DNA from: an uncultured Clostridia bacterium
GTDB taxonomy: Bacteria; Bacillota; Clostridia; TANB77; CAG-508
Length of the DNA stretch: 61,578 bases
Reading direction: 5' to 3'
Assembly (NCBI GenBank): GCA_944388705.1
Contig: CALXJU010000004.1
Coordinates: 1-61,578 of the forward strand
Under the pieces are notes generated by a model. That model saw only the letters and a list, made by a program, of their open reading frames with translations, ran no database searches and had not been told where the DNA came from. The translations under genes were made by a program, and so were the position numbers. How positions within the stretch are numbered: position 1 is the stretch's first letter; each line of letters begins with the position of its first letter. This document shows positions 45,291 through 55,602 of the stretch, in pieces.

Positions 45291-47150
45291 TTATATATTA
45301 ATTTTTATTTCACACTGTTCTGAAAATAAATCTAAGTTTGGATTAAAATATGGGTCTCCTTTTTCTAATTCATCTTTCCATTTACTTTCGAACAATTTAA
45401 TTTCTCCATTAAATCTCTCTAATTTTTCTGGTGTATCTTCATAACCTCTTGACTTAGATTCATAATGAAATAATCTAGCAAAAGGTGTATAAACAACTAA
45501 CTTTTGAAGTTTACGTATTTTCATACAGAAATCCACATCATTAAATGCTACTTTAAATTTTTCGTCAAGTCCTTCTACTTTTTCATATAGTTCTTTTTTG
45601 GTCATAAGGCAAGCTGCTGTAACTGCTGAATAGTTATTAATTACTGCCACTCTTCCAAAATAGCCTGGATTTTTATCAGCAATTAATCTGTTTACATGTC
45701 CTGCAATTCCACCCATTCCAACTACAACACCTGCATGTTGAACTGTTTTATCACTATAAAGTAGTTTTGCTCCTACTATTCCAACATCTTCTCTTTGACA
45801 TATTGATAGCATTTCTTCAAGCCAATCTTTTGTTATTACTTTTATATCATTATTTAGTAGCAATAAATATTCACCATTTGCATATGTAACTCCAAAATTG
45901 TTTATTTTTGAATAATTAAATTCTCCTTCATATTTTATAATTTTTGCAAATGACTTTATTTTCTCATAATATTTAAATGTACTTTTTTTGGTACTATTAT
46001 TTTCTACAATTATAATTTCATAATTTTTATATGTTGATTTTAATATTGAATTTATTGCTCTTTTTAAGTATTTTACAGAGTCTTTATTTGGTATTATTAT
46101 TGATATTAATGGTTCTCCTATTACTTTATATTTAATTCTATATGAACCTAATGGTTTTATACTTTCTACTTTTTCAATAGGAAGTTCTAACCTTTTACAA
46201 TGTTCTTCTATTGCTCTTCTTCCTGCTTCTATTGCATAATTTTTTGTTTCCATATTTTGAGCAGTTGAAGTAGAGTGTATTCTCCAATGATATAATATAT
46301 CTGGAATATGTTCTATTTTATTAGTGTTTTCTGTAATTCTTAATATTAAATCATAATCTTGTGCACCATCAAATTCTTTTCTAAAGCCTCCAATTTTTTC
46401 AACTAATGTTTTTCTTATTACACTAAGATGACAAATATAGTTATTGCTTCTTAAAAAATCTGGTGAAAAGTCTGGTTTGAAAAATGGATAAAATCTATTT
46501 TCTACATTTCCTTCAAATTTATCTTCATCACTATATATAAAGTCTGTTTCTGGTTTTTCATTTAATTTTTTCACAACTTCATTTAATGCATTTGGTGCAA
46601 TTATATCATCATGGTCAACTAATGCTAGAAATTCTCCTGAAGCCATTTGTATTGCTTCATTTGAATTTTCTGATATTCCTTTATTTTCTTCTAGTCTTTT
46701 ATATTTTAATCTTTTATCATTTATATTTTTCACATATTCTAATTGTGTTTCACTAGCATCTACAAGGCAAACTTCCCAATTTGTATAAGTTTGCTCTTGT
46801 AGACTTTTTATATAATCTATGAAAAATTCTTTTGGTGTATTATATAATGGTGTTATTATACTTATTAATGGCTCATATTTAAATTCTTTATTTTCTTTTA
46901 TTGTAGCTTTTTCAGAAATCCATCTATTATATTTTTCTTCTTGATATTCTTTACTTTCAGGTACTACTAATTTATAAAATGAATATTTAAAACCTTTTAA
47001 AAATCCTATTTCTTTTACTTTTTTGATAAACATTTTTCTGTTTTCTTTGTTTTTTAACATTCTATAAATATATTGTATTGCTCTTCTTCTAATACTTCCT
47101 ATTGGCATTAAAAAATTTATAATAGAATTTTTTATGTTTGTTATTTTCAT
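45291..47150 (-). CDS. two-domain GT2 glycosyltransferase
   Basis: Two GT-A modules (ISIITPLYNTPKEF...DHDD and ISIIIPNKDSVKYL...NNDI). Confidence 0.75.
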   Translation of the reverse strand: MKITNIKNSIINFLMPIGSIRRRAIQYIYRMLKNKENRKMFIKKVKEIGFLKGFKYSFYKLVVPESKEYQEEKYNRWISEKATIKENKEFKYEPLISIITPLYNTPKEFFIDYIKSLQEQTYTNWEVCLVDASETQLEYVKNINDKRLKYKRLEENKGISENSNEAIQMASGEFLALVDHDDIIAPNALNEVVKKLNEKPETDFIYSDEDKFEGNVENRFYPFFKPDFSPDFLRSNNYICHLSVIRKTLVEKIGGFRKEFDGAQDYDLILRITENTNKIEHIPDILYHWRIHSTSTAQNMETKNYAIEAGRRAIEEHCKRLELPIEKVESIKPLGSYRIKYKVIGEPLISIIIPNKDSVKYLKRAINSILKSTYKNYEIIIVENNSTKKSTFKYYEKIKSFAKIIKYEGEFNYSKINNFGVTYANGEYLLLLNNDIKVITKDWLEEMLSICQREDVGIVGAKLLYSDKTVQHAGVVVGMGGIAGHVNRLIADKNPGYFGRVAVINNYSAVTAACLMTKKELYEKVEGLDEKFKVAFNDVDFCMKIRKLQKLVVYTPFARLFHYESKSRGYEDTPEKLERFNGEIKLFESKWKDELEKGDPYFNPNLDLFSEQCEIKINI

Positions 47151-47177
47151 TTTATCCCTTCTCTCGCTACAAATAAA

Positions 47178-48704
47178 TTATATGAAAAATGTTGTCATCA
47201 TTGCTAGATATACACCAAAATTGGCAATTAGTGATACATTTGTTAATTCATGTTCTTGTATATTAATTCGTTTTTTATTTATAAATAATATTGCAAGTAA
47301 CAATAATGGTACAAAATATCTTCCTTGTACTCCAACTATTACTCCATTTTTGAAGCTTGTATTATATACATACATTGCTGTACTTATTAATACATATGAT
47401 AATACGATTATTCCTGCTGGAATAAATTTTTGCATAAATGTTGTTTTTTCTTTATTTTCATCACTTAATAATGAGATTATTGTAATTATTATATATGCAA
47501 GTGGTATTATTGTATATGGTGATACTTGATTATGACATAAGAAATGTCCTGCAAACATATTTGTTGCATAATCAAAACATGAATCTATTGTTGTTCTAAA
47601 TAGTACAAATAAATATCCTATTGGATTTGTATATATCCATGTGTTTGTATTTGTTGCTTCTCCTACATCTACACTTATATCTGCTGTTTTCATCCACCAT
47701 ATTGCTGATATTATACCTAATATTATAAATATTGCTAAAAATCCATATTTTCTTTTTGTGTTTTTGAAGCATTCTTTAGGTATTAATAGTAATAGTCCTA
47801 TTACAGGTAAATATGCCATTTTTGATATTGCTATTATAAATGTAAGAATTGCAAATATGACATAATCTAATTTTTTTATTTTTTCTTTTGTATGTCTATA
47901 ATACATTACATAACTTAACATTAAAAATGTAGACACAAGTACTATATTATCTGCTGAAAAACTTGCTGAATATGATATTACAACTGGCGAAAGTAATACT
48001 ATTGTTGCAAATAATTTGTGTGATGGTAATTTTTTTATTCCCCATCCTAATAGTAATACTGTAATTACCAATCCTGTAAGTCGTCCTAACATTGCTGTTA
48101 TATATGGTCTTAAATTAAAGAGCATTCCTATTTTTACTCCAAGTGCTTGTGGGAAATAGCTTGTACCATGATATGTTCCAACTGTATTTATAATAGTTGT
48201 TTTTTCTGGTTCTAATTCAATTTGCATCATTTCTCTTACATCATAGTATTTTTTATATTCTCTTCTTTTTGTTTCACTATTTAATTGTACCATATCAACA
48301 AATGATTGTGGTATTTCTGTTGTATACCCCATCTCTGTTACTGGAGAGATTATTTCTCCTTTTGCTACTTGATATGTTCTATAAAAATGTGCAGGTTCAT
48401 CACTTTGTGCAAATAATGGTATTACAAATATGTATATTCCACCAATTATAAGTGCAAGTATAATATACGCAATATGCATTTCTACTTTTTTAAATAATTT
48501 TTTTGAAACAATTGTTAATGCTATTATTACTATTCCTATTAGTACTGAAGCTATTAAAAAATATTTTAAATGATTTCCTCCTAATAATCCTTGATTTTCT
48601 AGATTTACTTTTAAGTCTAAATAATATGTTCCTATAAATAATAAGATTGCTATTACATAATATAAAATTCTACAACTTACTATTTTCTTTAATATTTTTT
48701 CCAT
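47178..48704 (-). CDS. DUF2142 family polytopic membrane protein (GT-C-like)
   Basis: AQSDEPAHFYR motif in the first external loop and many TM segments. Start at ATG 48704 behind GAGGA; the ORF extends to 48716. Confidence 0.65.
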   Translation of the reverse strand: MEKILKKIVSCRILYYVIAILLFIGTYYLDLKVNLENQGLLGGNHLKYFLIASVLIGIVIIALTIVSKKLFKKVEMHIAYIILALIIGGIYIFVIPLFAQSDEPAHFYRTYQVAKGEIISPVTEMGYTTEIPQSFVDMVQLNSETKRREYKKYYDVREMMQIELEPEKTTIINTVGTYHGTSYFPQALGVKIGMLFNLRPYITAMLGRLTGLVITVLLLGWGIKKLPSHKLFATIVLLSPVVISYSASFSADNIVLVSTFLMLSYVMYYRHTKEKIKKLDYVIFAILTFIIAISKMAYLPVIGLLLLIPKECFKNTKRKYGFLAIFIILGIISAIWWMKTADISVDVGEATNTNTWIYTNPIGYLFVLFRTTIDSCFDYATNMFAGHFLCHNQVSPYTIIPLAYIIITIISLLSDENKEKTTFMQKFIPAGIIVLSYVLISTAMYVYNTSFKNGVIVGVQGRYFVPLLLLAILFINKKRINIQEHELTNVSLIANFGVYLAMMTTFFI

Positions 48705-48705
48705 T

Positions 48706-49632
48706 TTAATCCTCATTTCTCTTGAATTGATTTAAAATTAATTCATATTGTTGTTTGTGTTTTTTTACTATTACATCTAATATTACACCACATATAAATG
48801 ATAATATTGCTGATAACATTATAAATCCTCCAACTATTAATGTTGGAAATCTTAATACAAGTCCTGTTTTAAAATAATCATTAAATACTGGTATTACAAA
48901 TATTAATGCTATTATTGTAAGTATTATTGCAACTATATTAAAGAAGAAAAATGGTTTATATTCTTTAAATAGTGTTGCTATCATTTTTAATACTTTAAAT
49001 CCATCTTTATATGTGTTTAATTTTGATACACTTCCTTCTGGTCTATCTCTATATGTTACTGGCACTTCTTGTATTAGAAAATTCTTATCTACTGCATGTA
49101 TTGTCATTTCTGTTTCTATTTCAAATCCTTTTGATAATACTGGATATGTTTTTACAAATTCATAACTAAATGCTCTATATCCTGTCATTATATCTTTTAT
49201 TTTGTTTTTAAATAATTTGTTTATTAAAAATCTTACTATTCTATTTCCAAAATTGTGGAATGGTCTTTTATTTTCTGTAAAATATGTTGATGATAGTCTA
49301 TCTCCTACTACCATATCTGCTTTTCCTTCTAATACTAGAGCACACATTTTTCTAGCATCTTCTGCTGGATATGTGTCATCTCCATCTACCATTAAATAGC
49401 AGTCTGCGTCTATTTGTCTGAACATACTGCGAATTACATTTCCTTTTCCTTGTCTATATTCATATTTAACTATTGCTCCTGCTTTTCTTGCTATTTCATC
49501 ACTTCCATCTGTTGAGTTATTGTCATATACATATATATCTGCTTCTGGCAATTCTTTTTTGAAGTCTTTTACTACTTTTTCTATTGTTTTACTTTCATTA
49601 TAACATGGTATTAATACTGCTATTTTTGACAT
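48706..49632 (-). CDS. GtrB/CsbB-like polyprenyl-phosphate glycosyltransferase (GT2 with two C-terminal TM segments)
   Basis: IAVLIPCYNES...MVDGDDTY followed by two C-terminal TM helices. Confidence 0.75.
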   Translation of the reverse strand: MSKIAVLIPCYNESKTIEKVVKDFKKELPEADIYVYDNNSTDGSDEIARKAGAIVKYEYRQGKGNVIRSMFRQIDADCYLMVDGDDTYPAEDARKMCALVLEGKADMVVGDRLSSTYFTENKRPFHNFGNRIVRFLINKLFKNKIKDIMTGYRAFSYEFVKTYPVLSKGFEIETEMTIHAVDKNFLIQEVPVTYRDRPEGSVSKLNTYKDGFKVLKMIATLFKEYKPFFFFNIVAIILTIIALIFVIPVFNDYFKTGLVLRFPTLIVGGFIMLSAILSFICGVILDVIVKKHKQQYELILNQFKRNED

Positions 49633-49672
49633 CTTTTCCTCCTTAAATTACTTCAATTTTAAATATTTTCTA

Positions 49673-49765
49673 TTTGAAGAAATATATAACTATTCCATAG
49701 CCGAAACATAGCTGGGGTTTTCGTACCAGGGTCGGCTTTATTACATAGTTATATATTTCTTCAAA
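49673..49765. repeat. family B palindromic element, copy B3 (inverted relative to B1 and B2)
   Basis: Perfect 21-bp arms TTTGAAGAAATATATAACTAT/ATAGTTATATATTTCTTCAAA. Inner stem AGCCGA/TCGGCT. Loop (reverse complement) CCCTGGTACGAAAACCCCAGCTATGTT. Confidence 0.85.
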
Positions 49766-49821
49766 TTAGAAGTATTATTTAAAATGTAACTATATAATAA
49801 TGAATGTTCACTTAGTATTTT

Positions 49822-51930
49822 TTATCTAAAAATTGTAATACTATGGTTTTGGGTCCTTAATTTTAACTCTTCTGGTACTAATTTAATTTTTACTGTATCA
49901 TAATCTATTCCATCTAGTTTTTTCTCATAATTAATTGCTTTTCCATCTGATTTAAGATGTAATGTATCAATTATCTGTTCTTGTCCATTTTTAGAAGCTA
50001 CTACATTAACTGTAACAGTATCTTGTAGGTCTTTATTTAAATATCTTCCATTTATCGTAACGTTAAAATTTATTTTGCCCTCTTGAGGTGTTAATGTTAG
50101 TTCATTTTCATCATATGTTAACATTTCTAAAGTATTATGTGCATTTTCATCATATTTTACTTTTACTATATAAATATAATCAACATTATCTAAAAAGCTA
50201 ACATTTGTAAGAGTATCTACCACTTCAGTAATTTGGAAATGATATCTATTTAAATAATCTAATGTATCTTTTAATTTAAATTCATATATTGGCATATAAA
50301 TATCATTATTTAATACTAAATCCCAATACATTTTGTAAGTTTTTTCTGTTTTTCCCATTTTAGTTCCTATTTGCAGTTCAACTAGTCTATCATCTACATT
50401 AAGTAATGATGTTACACCACTATCATCTGCTAATACTCCCCAAACTCCATCTATATCATATTTTTCATTTGTTCTATCTTTTAATAATATTGTTTTCTTT
50501 ACATTTTGTTTCCAATTTGCAATAGCTGATTCTGAATTATTAAAAAATATTTGTATATAATTTCCTCCGCTTCTACTATATACTACATATTTATATAATC
50601 CGGCGAATGAGCTTCCACATATTATTGCTGACATTAATACTGTTATTACTAATTTACTATTTTTAAATGCATTTATTAATATATAAATACATGCTATACT
50701 TGCAAATATAGGTATTATTCCTGCATATCTTGTATAACCTATTATAAATAGTTCCCAAACAAAATATAAATACATTAATAAAATATAAAATGTTAAATAT
50801 TTTTTATTTATTTGTTGTTTTTTTATTAATTTTTTATATACAACTTCATATATTATTCCAATTATTATTATTGCATATCCTATAGCAAACATTAAATCAG
50901 TATTTGCTGTTTCATATGCATTTCTTGGCCTTTTTATAATGTAAAATGGCCATAATAAAAATTCTAATATATTTTTTGGTCCATATCTGTCATCAGCCCA
51001 ATTTTCTTGCATGAAATATTCTGATTTAAATATTGCATTATAATATGGAAATACTGGACTTCCTGTTTGTATAATTGCATCTACTGCATATGGTAATAAT
51101 GGTATTACAAATGTTATTACTAATAGCAAATAATCATATATTTTTATATTTTTTATATCTTTTATATTTATTATTAATAAATATACTAATGGTCCTAATA
51201 TATAGATTGCATTTGTTAGTTTAGTACATACTGCTAGTCCTACTACATATGCTAATATATATAATCTCGTTTTTTCTTTGAATATATCTTTTCCTTCAAA
51301 AAAGATTACATACATTACTTCTAATAATAATGCTAATGAAAAATTATCTATGTAATATGTACCTAATTGTTCTAATATTATAAATACTCCTAGTGGTAGT
51401 ATTGATAATAATGATATATATTTTTCGTCAATTTTATTTTCTAATATTTTCATTAAATATTTTTTTATTTGATAATATATTATAACAATTAGAAAATATC
51501 CAGGTAAAGTTCCTAATCTAAATCCTAATAATGCTCTAAACATATAAAATACTCTATCTGCAATAGGATATACAAATGATGTTAATGTTCTTCCTGGGAA
51601 AAAGTTTTCATTTATTTTATCTGCAAATGGATTTTCTTGCAAATATAAATGATAACTATAGGTATCCCAAAATGTATCTGGATATATTATTGTTAATCCT
51701 GTTATTACTAGTATTATTGCTAAAAACACTAAATCAAATTTATGAAAATTAGTTTCTACTTTTATTTTTTTCTTTTTTATTAATAATGTTACAATTGTTG
51801 CATTTATAATTAATGCTATTATATTTCCTACAATATAATTTGCTTTAAAAAAATATATTAAATTATCACATATTACTACTTGTGTTAATAATATTATTAA
51901 TATCAATAAGTATAAATTAATTTTTTTCAT
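49822..51930 (-). CDS. large polytopic membrane protein with a C-terminal extracytoplasmic domain (GT-C-like candidate)
   Basis: About 14 TM segments then a soluble region of about 240 aa. Start at ATG 51930, 8 nt after AGGAGA; the ORF extends to 51936. Confidence 0.5.
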   Translation of the reverse strand: MKKINLYLLILIILLTQVVICDNLIYFFKANYIVGNIIALIINATIVTLLIKKKKIKVETNFHKFDLVFLAIILVITGLTIIYPDTFWDTYSYHLYLQENPFADKINENFFPGRTLTSFVYPIADRVFYMFRALLGFRLGTLPGYFLIVIIYYQIKKYLMKILENKIDEKYISLLSILPLGVFIILEQLGTYYIDNFSLALLLEVMYVIFFEGKDIFKEKTRLYILAYVVGLAVCTKLTNAIYILGPLVYLLIINIKDIKNIKIYDYLLLVITFVIPLLPYAVDAIIQTGSPVFPYYNAIFKSEYFMQENWADDRYGPKNILEFLLWPFYIIKRPRNAYETANTDLMFAIGYAIIIIGIIYEVVYKKLIKKQQINKKYLTFYILLMYLYFVWELFIIGYTRYAGIIPIFASIACIYILINAFKNSKLVITVLMSAIICGSSFAGLYKYVVYSRSGGNYIQIFFNNSESAIANWKQNVKKTILLKDRTNEKYDIDGVWGVLADDSGVTSLLNVDDRLVELQIGTKMGKTEKTYKMYWDLVLNNDIYMPIYEFKLKDTLDYLNRYHFQITEVVDTLTNVSFLDNVDYIYIVKVKYDENAHNTLEMLTYDENELTLTPQEGKINFNVTINGRYLNKDLQDTVTVNVVASKNGQEQIIDTLHLKSDGKAINYEKKLDGIDYDTVKIKLVPEELKLRTQNHSITIFR

Positions 51931-53878
51931 CCTCATTTTCTCCTAAGTTCCATACTCTTTTTAAGAATTCATATCTTTTTTGAATTTCTTCCTCATGCCA
52001 TTCTGTCATTTCAAACATTTTTCTGATTTCTCCATGAATTCTTACAATTTCATCAAAATGTTTTTGTTTTTTTGTTACACTTGTTACATTATTTCCATGT
52101 AATCTGTAGTAATTTAATGGTTTATTACAAAATGCTATATCACCTTTTGCCATTACACTTACATAAAATAACCAGTCTCCTGCTTGTTTATATTCAATTA
52201 TTTTTCCAAATATATCATCATAATTGTCCTTTTTAATTAAACATGATGATACATTTGCAATTATACAATTTAAAAATGTATAATTTTTAATTTCTTCCAT
52301 TCCATTATCAACAAAATCACTATCCCAATGACCTGTTTTTCTTATATCTATTTCTGGTTTTATTGTTGGTAATATTATTTTATCCCATGCATTTATAAAT
52401 GCTGTATCTGCATATGATATGTATATATTTTTATTTTGTTTTATTGGTCTTATTATGTTTTCTAATAGTGTTTTGTCACAACAATCGTCTGCTTCTGCTA
52501 TCCATACATAATCTCCTTCTGCTAATGCAAAACCTTTTTTCCATTGTTTAAATGCACATCCTGAGTTTTCTTCATTATATATTTTTTGAACTTTTATATA
52601 TGGTGATATTTTATCTACAATTTGGTCTATTAGATTTCTACTATTGTCTTTTGAGCAGTCATCTAATATTATTAATTCATGGATTTTTTCTGTTTGTGCT
52701 AATATACTATATATACGTGGTAACATGAAATTTTCATAATTATAATTTGGTATTATTACTGATACTTTGATTTCTCCATCTTTTTTCTTTGATTGTTTTT
52801 TTGCTAATTTTTCTAAATCTTTTATTTCTATATATCTTCTTATTACTGTTCTTTTTGTAATTTTTCTGATTACATCTTTTACTTTTTCTTTTGTCTTGTC
52901 CATTCCATTTCTATGTTCAATTGTTTCATTTGCAAGTGTTGCATTTGCTCTTTTTAAACATGACACCATATCTTTATAAAATTTTCTTTCTTGTTTTGGT
53001 TGTTCTTTTATAAATTTTTTGATATATGGATTTTTATATAATTCATATTTTTTCTGTTTTTCCATAAATCTAACTAATAATTTTTGTCTCTTTTTATAGT
53101 TTTTTTGTTTTGGAATTACTACTAAATACAATAACAATACTTGTTGATATAATATTGCATCTATATATTTTTTATCATATTCTATTCTTTGAAAACATGT
53201 TGCAATAGAATCAAACATTTCTAGCCTTTTTATTGATACTTCTTCATTTTGTACTGAATTTTCTCTTTGCATATAAAAATATTTAATTCCTTCTACATAT
53301 GCTACTTTTTTAGCATTTATTATTGCAGGTAATATTGATGCAACATCTTCATTTATTTTTCCTTCTAAAAAAGGATATTTTTTTAATAATTCTTTTTTAA
53401 ATATTTTGTTACATGGAGAGGCAGCTAGTCCATTATTTACTAAATTGAACTTGTTAACTTCTCCAATACATGCTTTTGAAAGTATTGCTGGTTGTGCATT
53501 TTTTTCATATGTTATCTCTATATCTGTTGCTACTAAATCAGCATCTTCTTCTTGTGCTTTTTGCATAAGTTTTTCATAATAATCTTTTACAATATAATCA
53601 TCAGAATCTATAAATCCTATATATTCTCCTTTTGATTTTCTTATTGCTAAATTTCTTGCATATGCTGCACCTTTGTTTTTATCATTTTTGAAAACTTTTA
53701 GATTAGAATATTTATTTTGTAGTTTTTCTAATATTTGTACAGTATTGTCTTTTGAACCATCATCTACTGCAATTATTTCAATGTTTTTGTATGTTTGCTC
53801 TTCTACTGATTGTATACATCTTTCTATATATTTTTCTATATTATAACATGGTATTATTACTGTAATTAATTTATCCAT
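51917..53878 (-). CDS. two-domain GT2 glycosyltransferase
   Basis: MDKLITVIIPCYN...DSDD and VSVIIPNYNYENF...EADD modules. Start at the second ATG; the ORF extends to 53887. Confidence 0.75.
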   Translation of the reverse strand: MDKLITVIIPCYNIEKYIERCIQSVEEQTYKNIEIIAVDDGSKDNTVQILEKLQNKYSNLKVFKNDKNKGAAYARNLAIRKSKGEYIGFIDSDDYIVKDYYEKLMQKAQEEDADLVATDIEITYEKNAQPAILSKACIGEVNKFNLVNNGLAASPCNKIFKKELLKKYPFLEGKINEDVASILPAIINAKKVAYVEGIKYFYMQRENSVQNEEVSIKRLEMFDSIATCFQRIEYDKKYIDAILYQQVLLLYLVVIPKQKNYKKRQKLLVRFMEKQKKYELYKNPYIKKFIKEQPKQERKFYKDMVSCLKRANATLANETIEHRNGMDKTKEKVKDVIRKITKRTVIRRYIEIKDLEKLAKKQSKKKDGEIKVSVIIPNYNYENFMLPRIYSILAQTEKIHELIILDDCSKDNSRNLIDQIVDKISPYIKVQKIYNEENSGCAFKQWKKGFALAEGDYVWIAEADDCCDKTLLENIIRPIKQNKNIYISYADTAFINAWDKIILPTIKPEIDIRKTGHWDSDFVDNGMEEIKNYTFLNCIIANVSSCLIKKDNYDDIFGKIIEYKQAGDWLFYVSVMAKGDIAFCNKPLNYYRLHGNNVTSVTKKQKHFDEIVRIHGEIRKMFEMTEWHEEEIQKRYEFLKRVWNLGENEDEKN

Positions 53879-53935
53879 TTTTTTCATTCCTTTCTTAAGG
53901 CTCCAACCCAGGTTGGAAAAGAATTAAATTTATAA

Positions 53936-55591
53936 TTATTTTTCAACCTTCTTTCTCCTTAAAAATCTTGTCCATTTATAAAATCTACTATTTTTTAATT
54001 TTTTTATTTCTTCTACTAATCTTTCGTTTTCTTCTGAAATTTTATCTTTTTCATTTGAAATTTCTTGTATTTGCAAATATGCTTGTTCTAGCTGTTTTTT
54101 ATATTTCATTTTTATATCTTCTATACTTGTTATTGCATTCCATTTTTCTGAATAGAATTTTAAAATTTTAGGGTCTACAATCTCTTCTTGTAATTTAATT
54201 TCTTCTTTTTCAAATTGTTCTATTTTTTCTTGTGTAATATTATATTTTTTATACAATTCTTCTATTGTAATCTTATTTTTCAAATAATTATGTTGGAAAA
54301 ACAAACTTTTTATTGACCTATACATTATTTGTTCTATTGATGCCTCTTCTTTATACCATTCTTGGTCAAATACAATATATTCATTTCCATCGTAAAATAC
54401 ATTTTGAAATACTAAGTCTATAAATCCTTGTTTTAAGTTTTTATACCACTTGTCCAACTCTTGAATGAATTCTTCTTTTTTATCTTGTTCTAATAGTCGT
54501 GCTAGATATTCATCCATTGTAGGTTTATTTATAAATTGACTTAATATTTTACCATCTTGAAATTTTTCACATGTAGTATATCCTAATTGTTGTAATTTTT
54601 CTATATTTTTTTGGATATTCTCTATATGTTTTTTCCCTTGTTCTCCATATGCTTCTTTTGTTACCTTTTCTGATGTAATTTTTGTTATTATTTTATATTG
54701 TTTTTGCCTCATATTACTGAAATTTACATACCACACATTTGATGTATCTGTTTTTGAAATTTCTATAAGGTAACTATTTGTAAAAAAGTCAAATTTTGAA
54801 TTTTTTATAGCATATTCCATAAAATCTGTTTCATTAAATAATATTTCTTCATCTTCTCTATAATATATATTATATCTGCTTCTTTTTGGCAAGTATTCAT
54901 CAGTATAAATCATATTTGTCAAATTATAATTTGGTACTGGATAATAAAATTTATATTTTGGAAATTGTTTTAGCATATTTTCTAATTCTGTTTTTCCATA
55001 TAATTTATAATCTTTTTCCACATAATTTTTGTAATTTGCAAAAGGTACTTCTTTATTATTTCTTGTTGAACCTGCTAAATATTTTACTCCAAATTTATTA
55101 TCTATTGCAACTAGCATTTTTCCTTCTTCTGATAATTGCATATATGACCATTCTAGCATTTCTTTTAAATTCTTAAATCCTAATTTTTTTGCATATTCTC
55201 CTGTTCCAATTATTATTATATAGTCATATTTTTCTGGTAACTTTAATTCTTTTAGATTATCACATAAAATTAATTTTACATTTTCTTTTATTCTTTTTTT
55301 TATACATTCTATTTTTTCTTTTGTAAATTCTATAGAAGTCACTTCTGGTGTGATTTTTACTAATTCTTGTGTTATTTCTCCATAATTTGCTCCAATTTCT
55401 AATATTTTTTTATTAGGTTCAAAAGGATACCATTTTATAATATTAGTTCTCATTTCTGAAAATATATTTACTATATTTGTTCTTGTGTCTTTTTCAATTA
55501 TTTTTTCATATTGTTCAGGTTTATATTTCTCTATATAGTTTTTTATGTCTTTTTCATAGTCACCATATATATCTTTATTATAATCTATCAT
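53936..55591 (-). CDS. SAM methyltransferase + kinase-like middle domain + C-terminal coiled coil (WbdD-like chain terminator candidate)
   Basis: Motif I ILEIGANYGEIT. The middle region ends IDLVFQNVFYDGNEYIVFDQEW. The coiled coil is about 100 aa, ending in the basic amphipathic RFYKWTRFLRRKK. Confidence 0.55.
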   Translation of the reverse strand: MIDYNKDIYGDYEKDIKNYIEKYKPEQYEKIIEKDTRTNIVNIFSEMRTNIIKWYPFEPNKKILEIGANYGEITQELVKITPEVTSIEFTKEKIECIKKRIKENVKLILCDNLKELKLPEKYDYIIIIGTGEYAKKLGFKNLKEMLEWSYMQLSEEGKMLVAIDNKFGVKYLAGSTRNNKEVPFANYKNYVEKDYKLYGKTELENMLKQFPKYKFYYPVPNYNLTNMIYTDEYLPKRSRYNIYYREDEEILFNETDFMEYAIKNSKFDFFTNSYLIEISKTDTSNVWYVNFSNMRQKQYKIITKITSEKVTKEAYGEQGKKHIENIQKNIEKLQQLGYTTCEKFQDGKILSQFINKPTMDEYLARLLEQDKKEEFIQELDKWYKNLKQGFIDLVFQNVFYDGNEYIVFDQEWYKEEASIEQIMYRSIKSLFFQHNYLKNKITIEELYKKYNITQEKIEQFEKEEIKLQEEIVDPKILKFYSEKWNAITSIEDIKMKYKKQLEQAYLQIQEISNEKDKISEENERLVEEIKKLKNSRFYKWTRFLRRKKVEK

Positions 55592-55602
55592 TTTCATCCC
55601 TT

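Noticed and set aside
53895-53935. GC-rich blip AAGGCTCCAACCCAGGTTGGAAAAG, which partly resembles the family B loop (GCCGACCCTGGTACGAAAAC) and could be a degenerate fourth copy.
   Set aside because: About 17 of 25 positions match, there are no flanking palindromic arms and no inner stem. This is insufficient without a statistical search.
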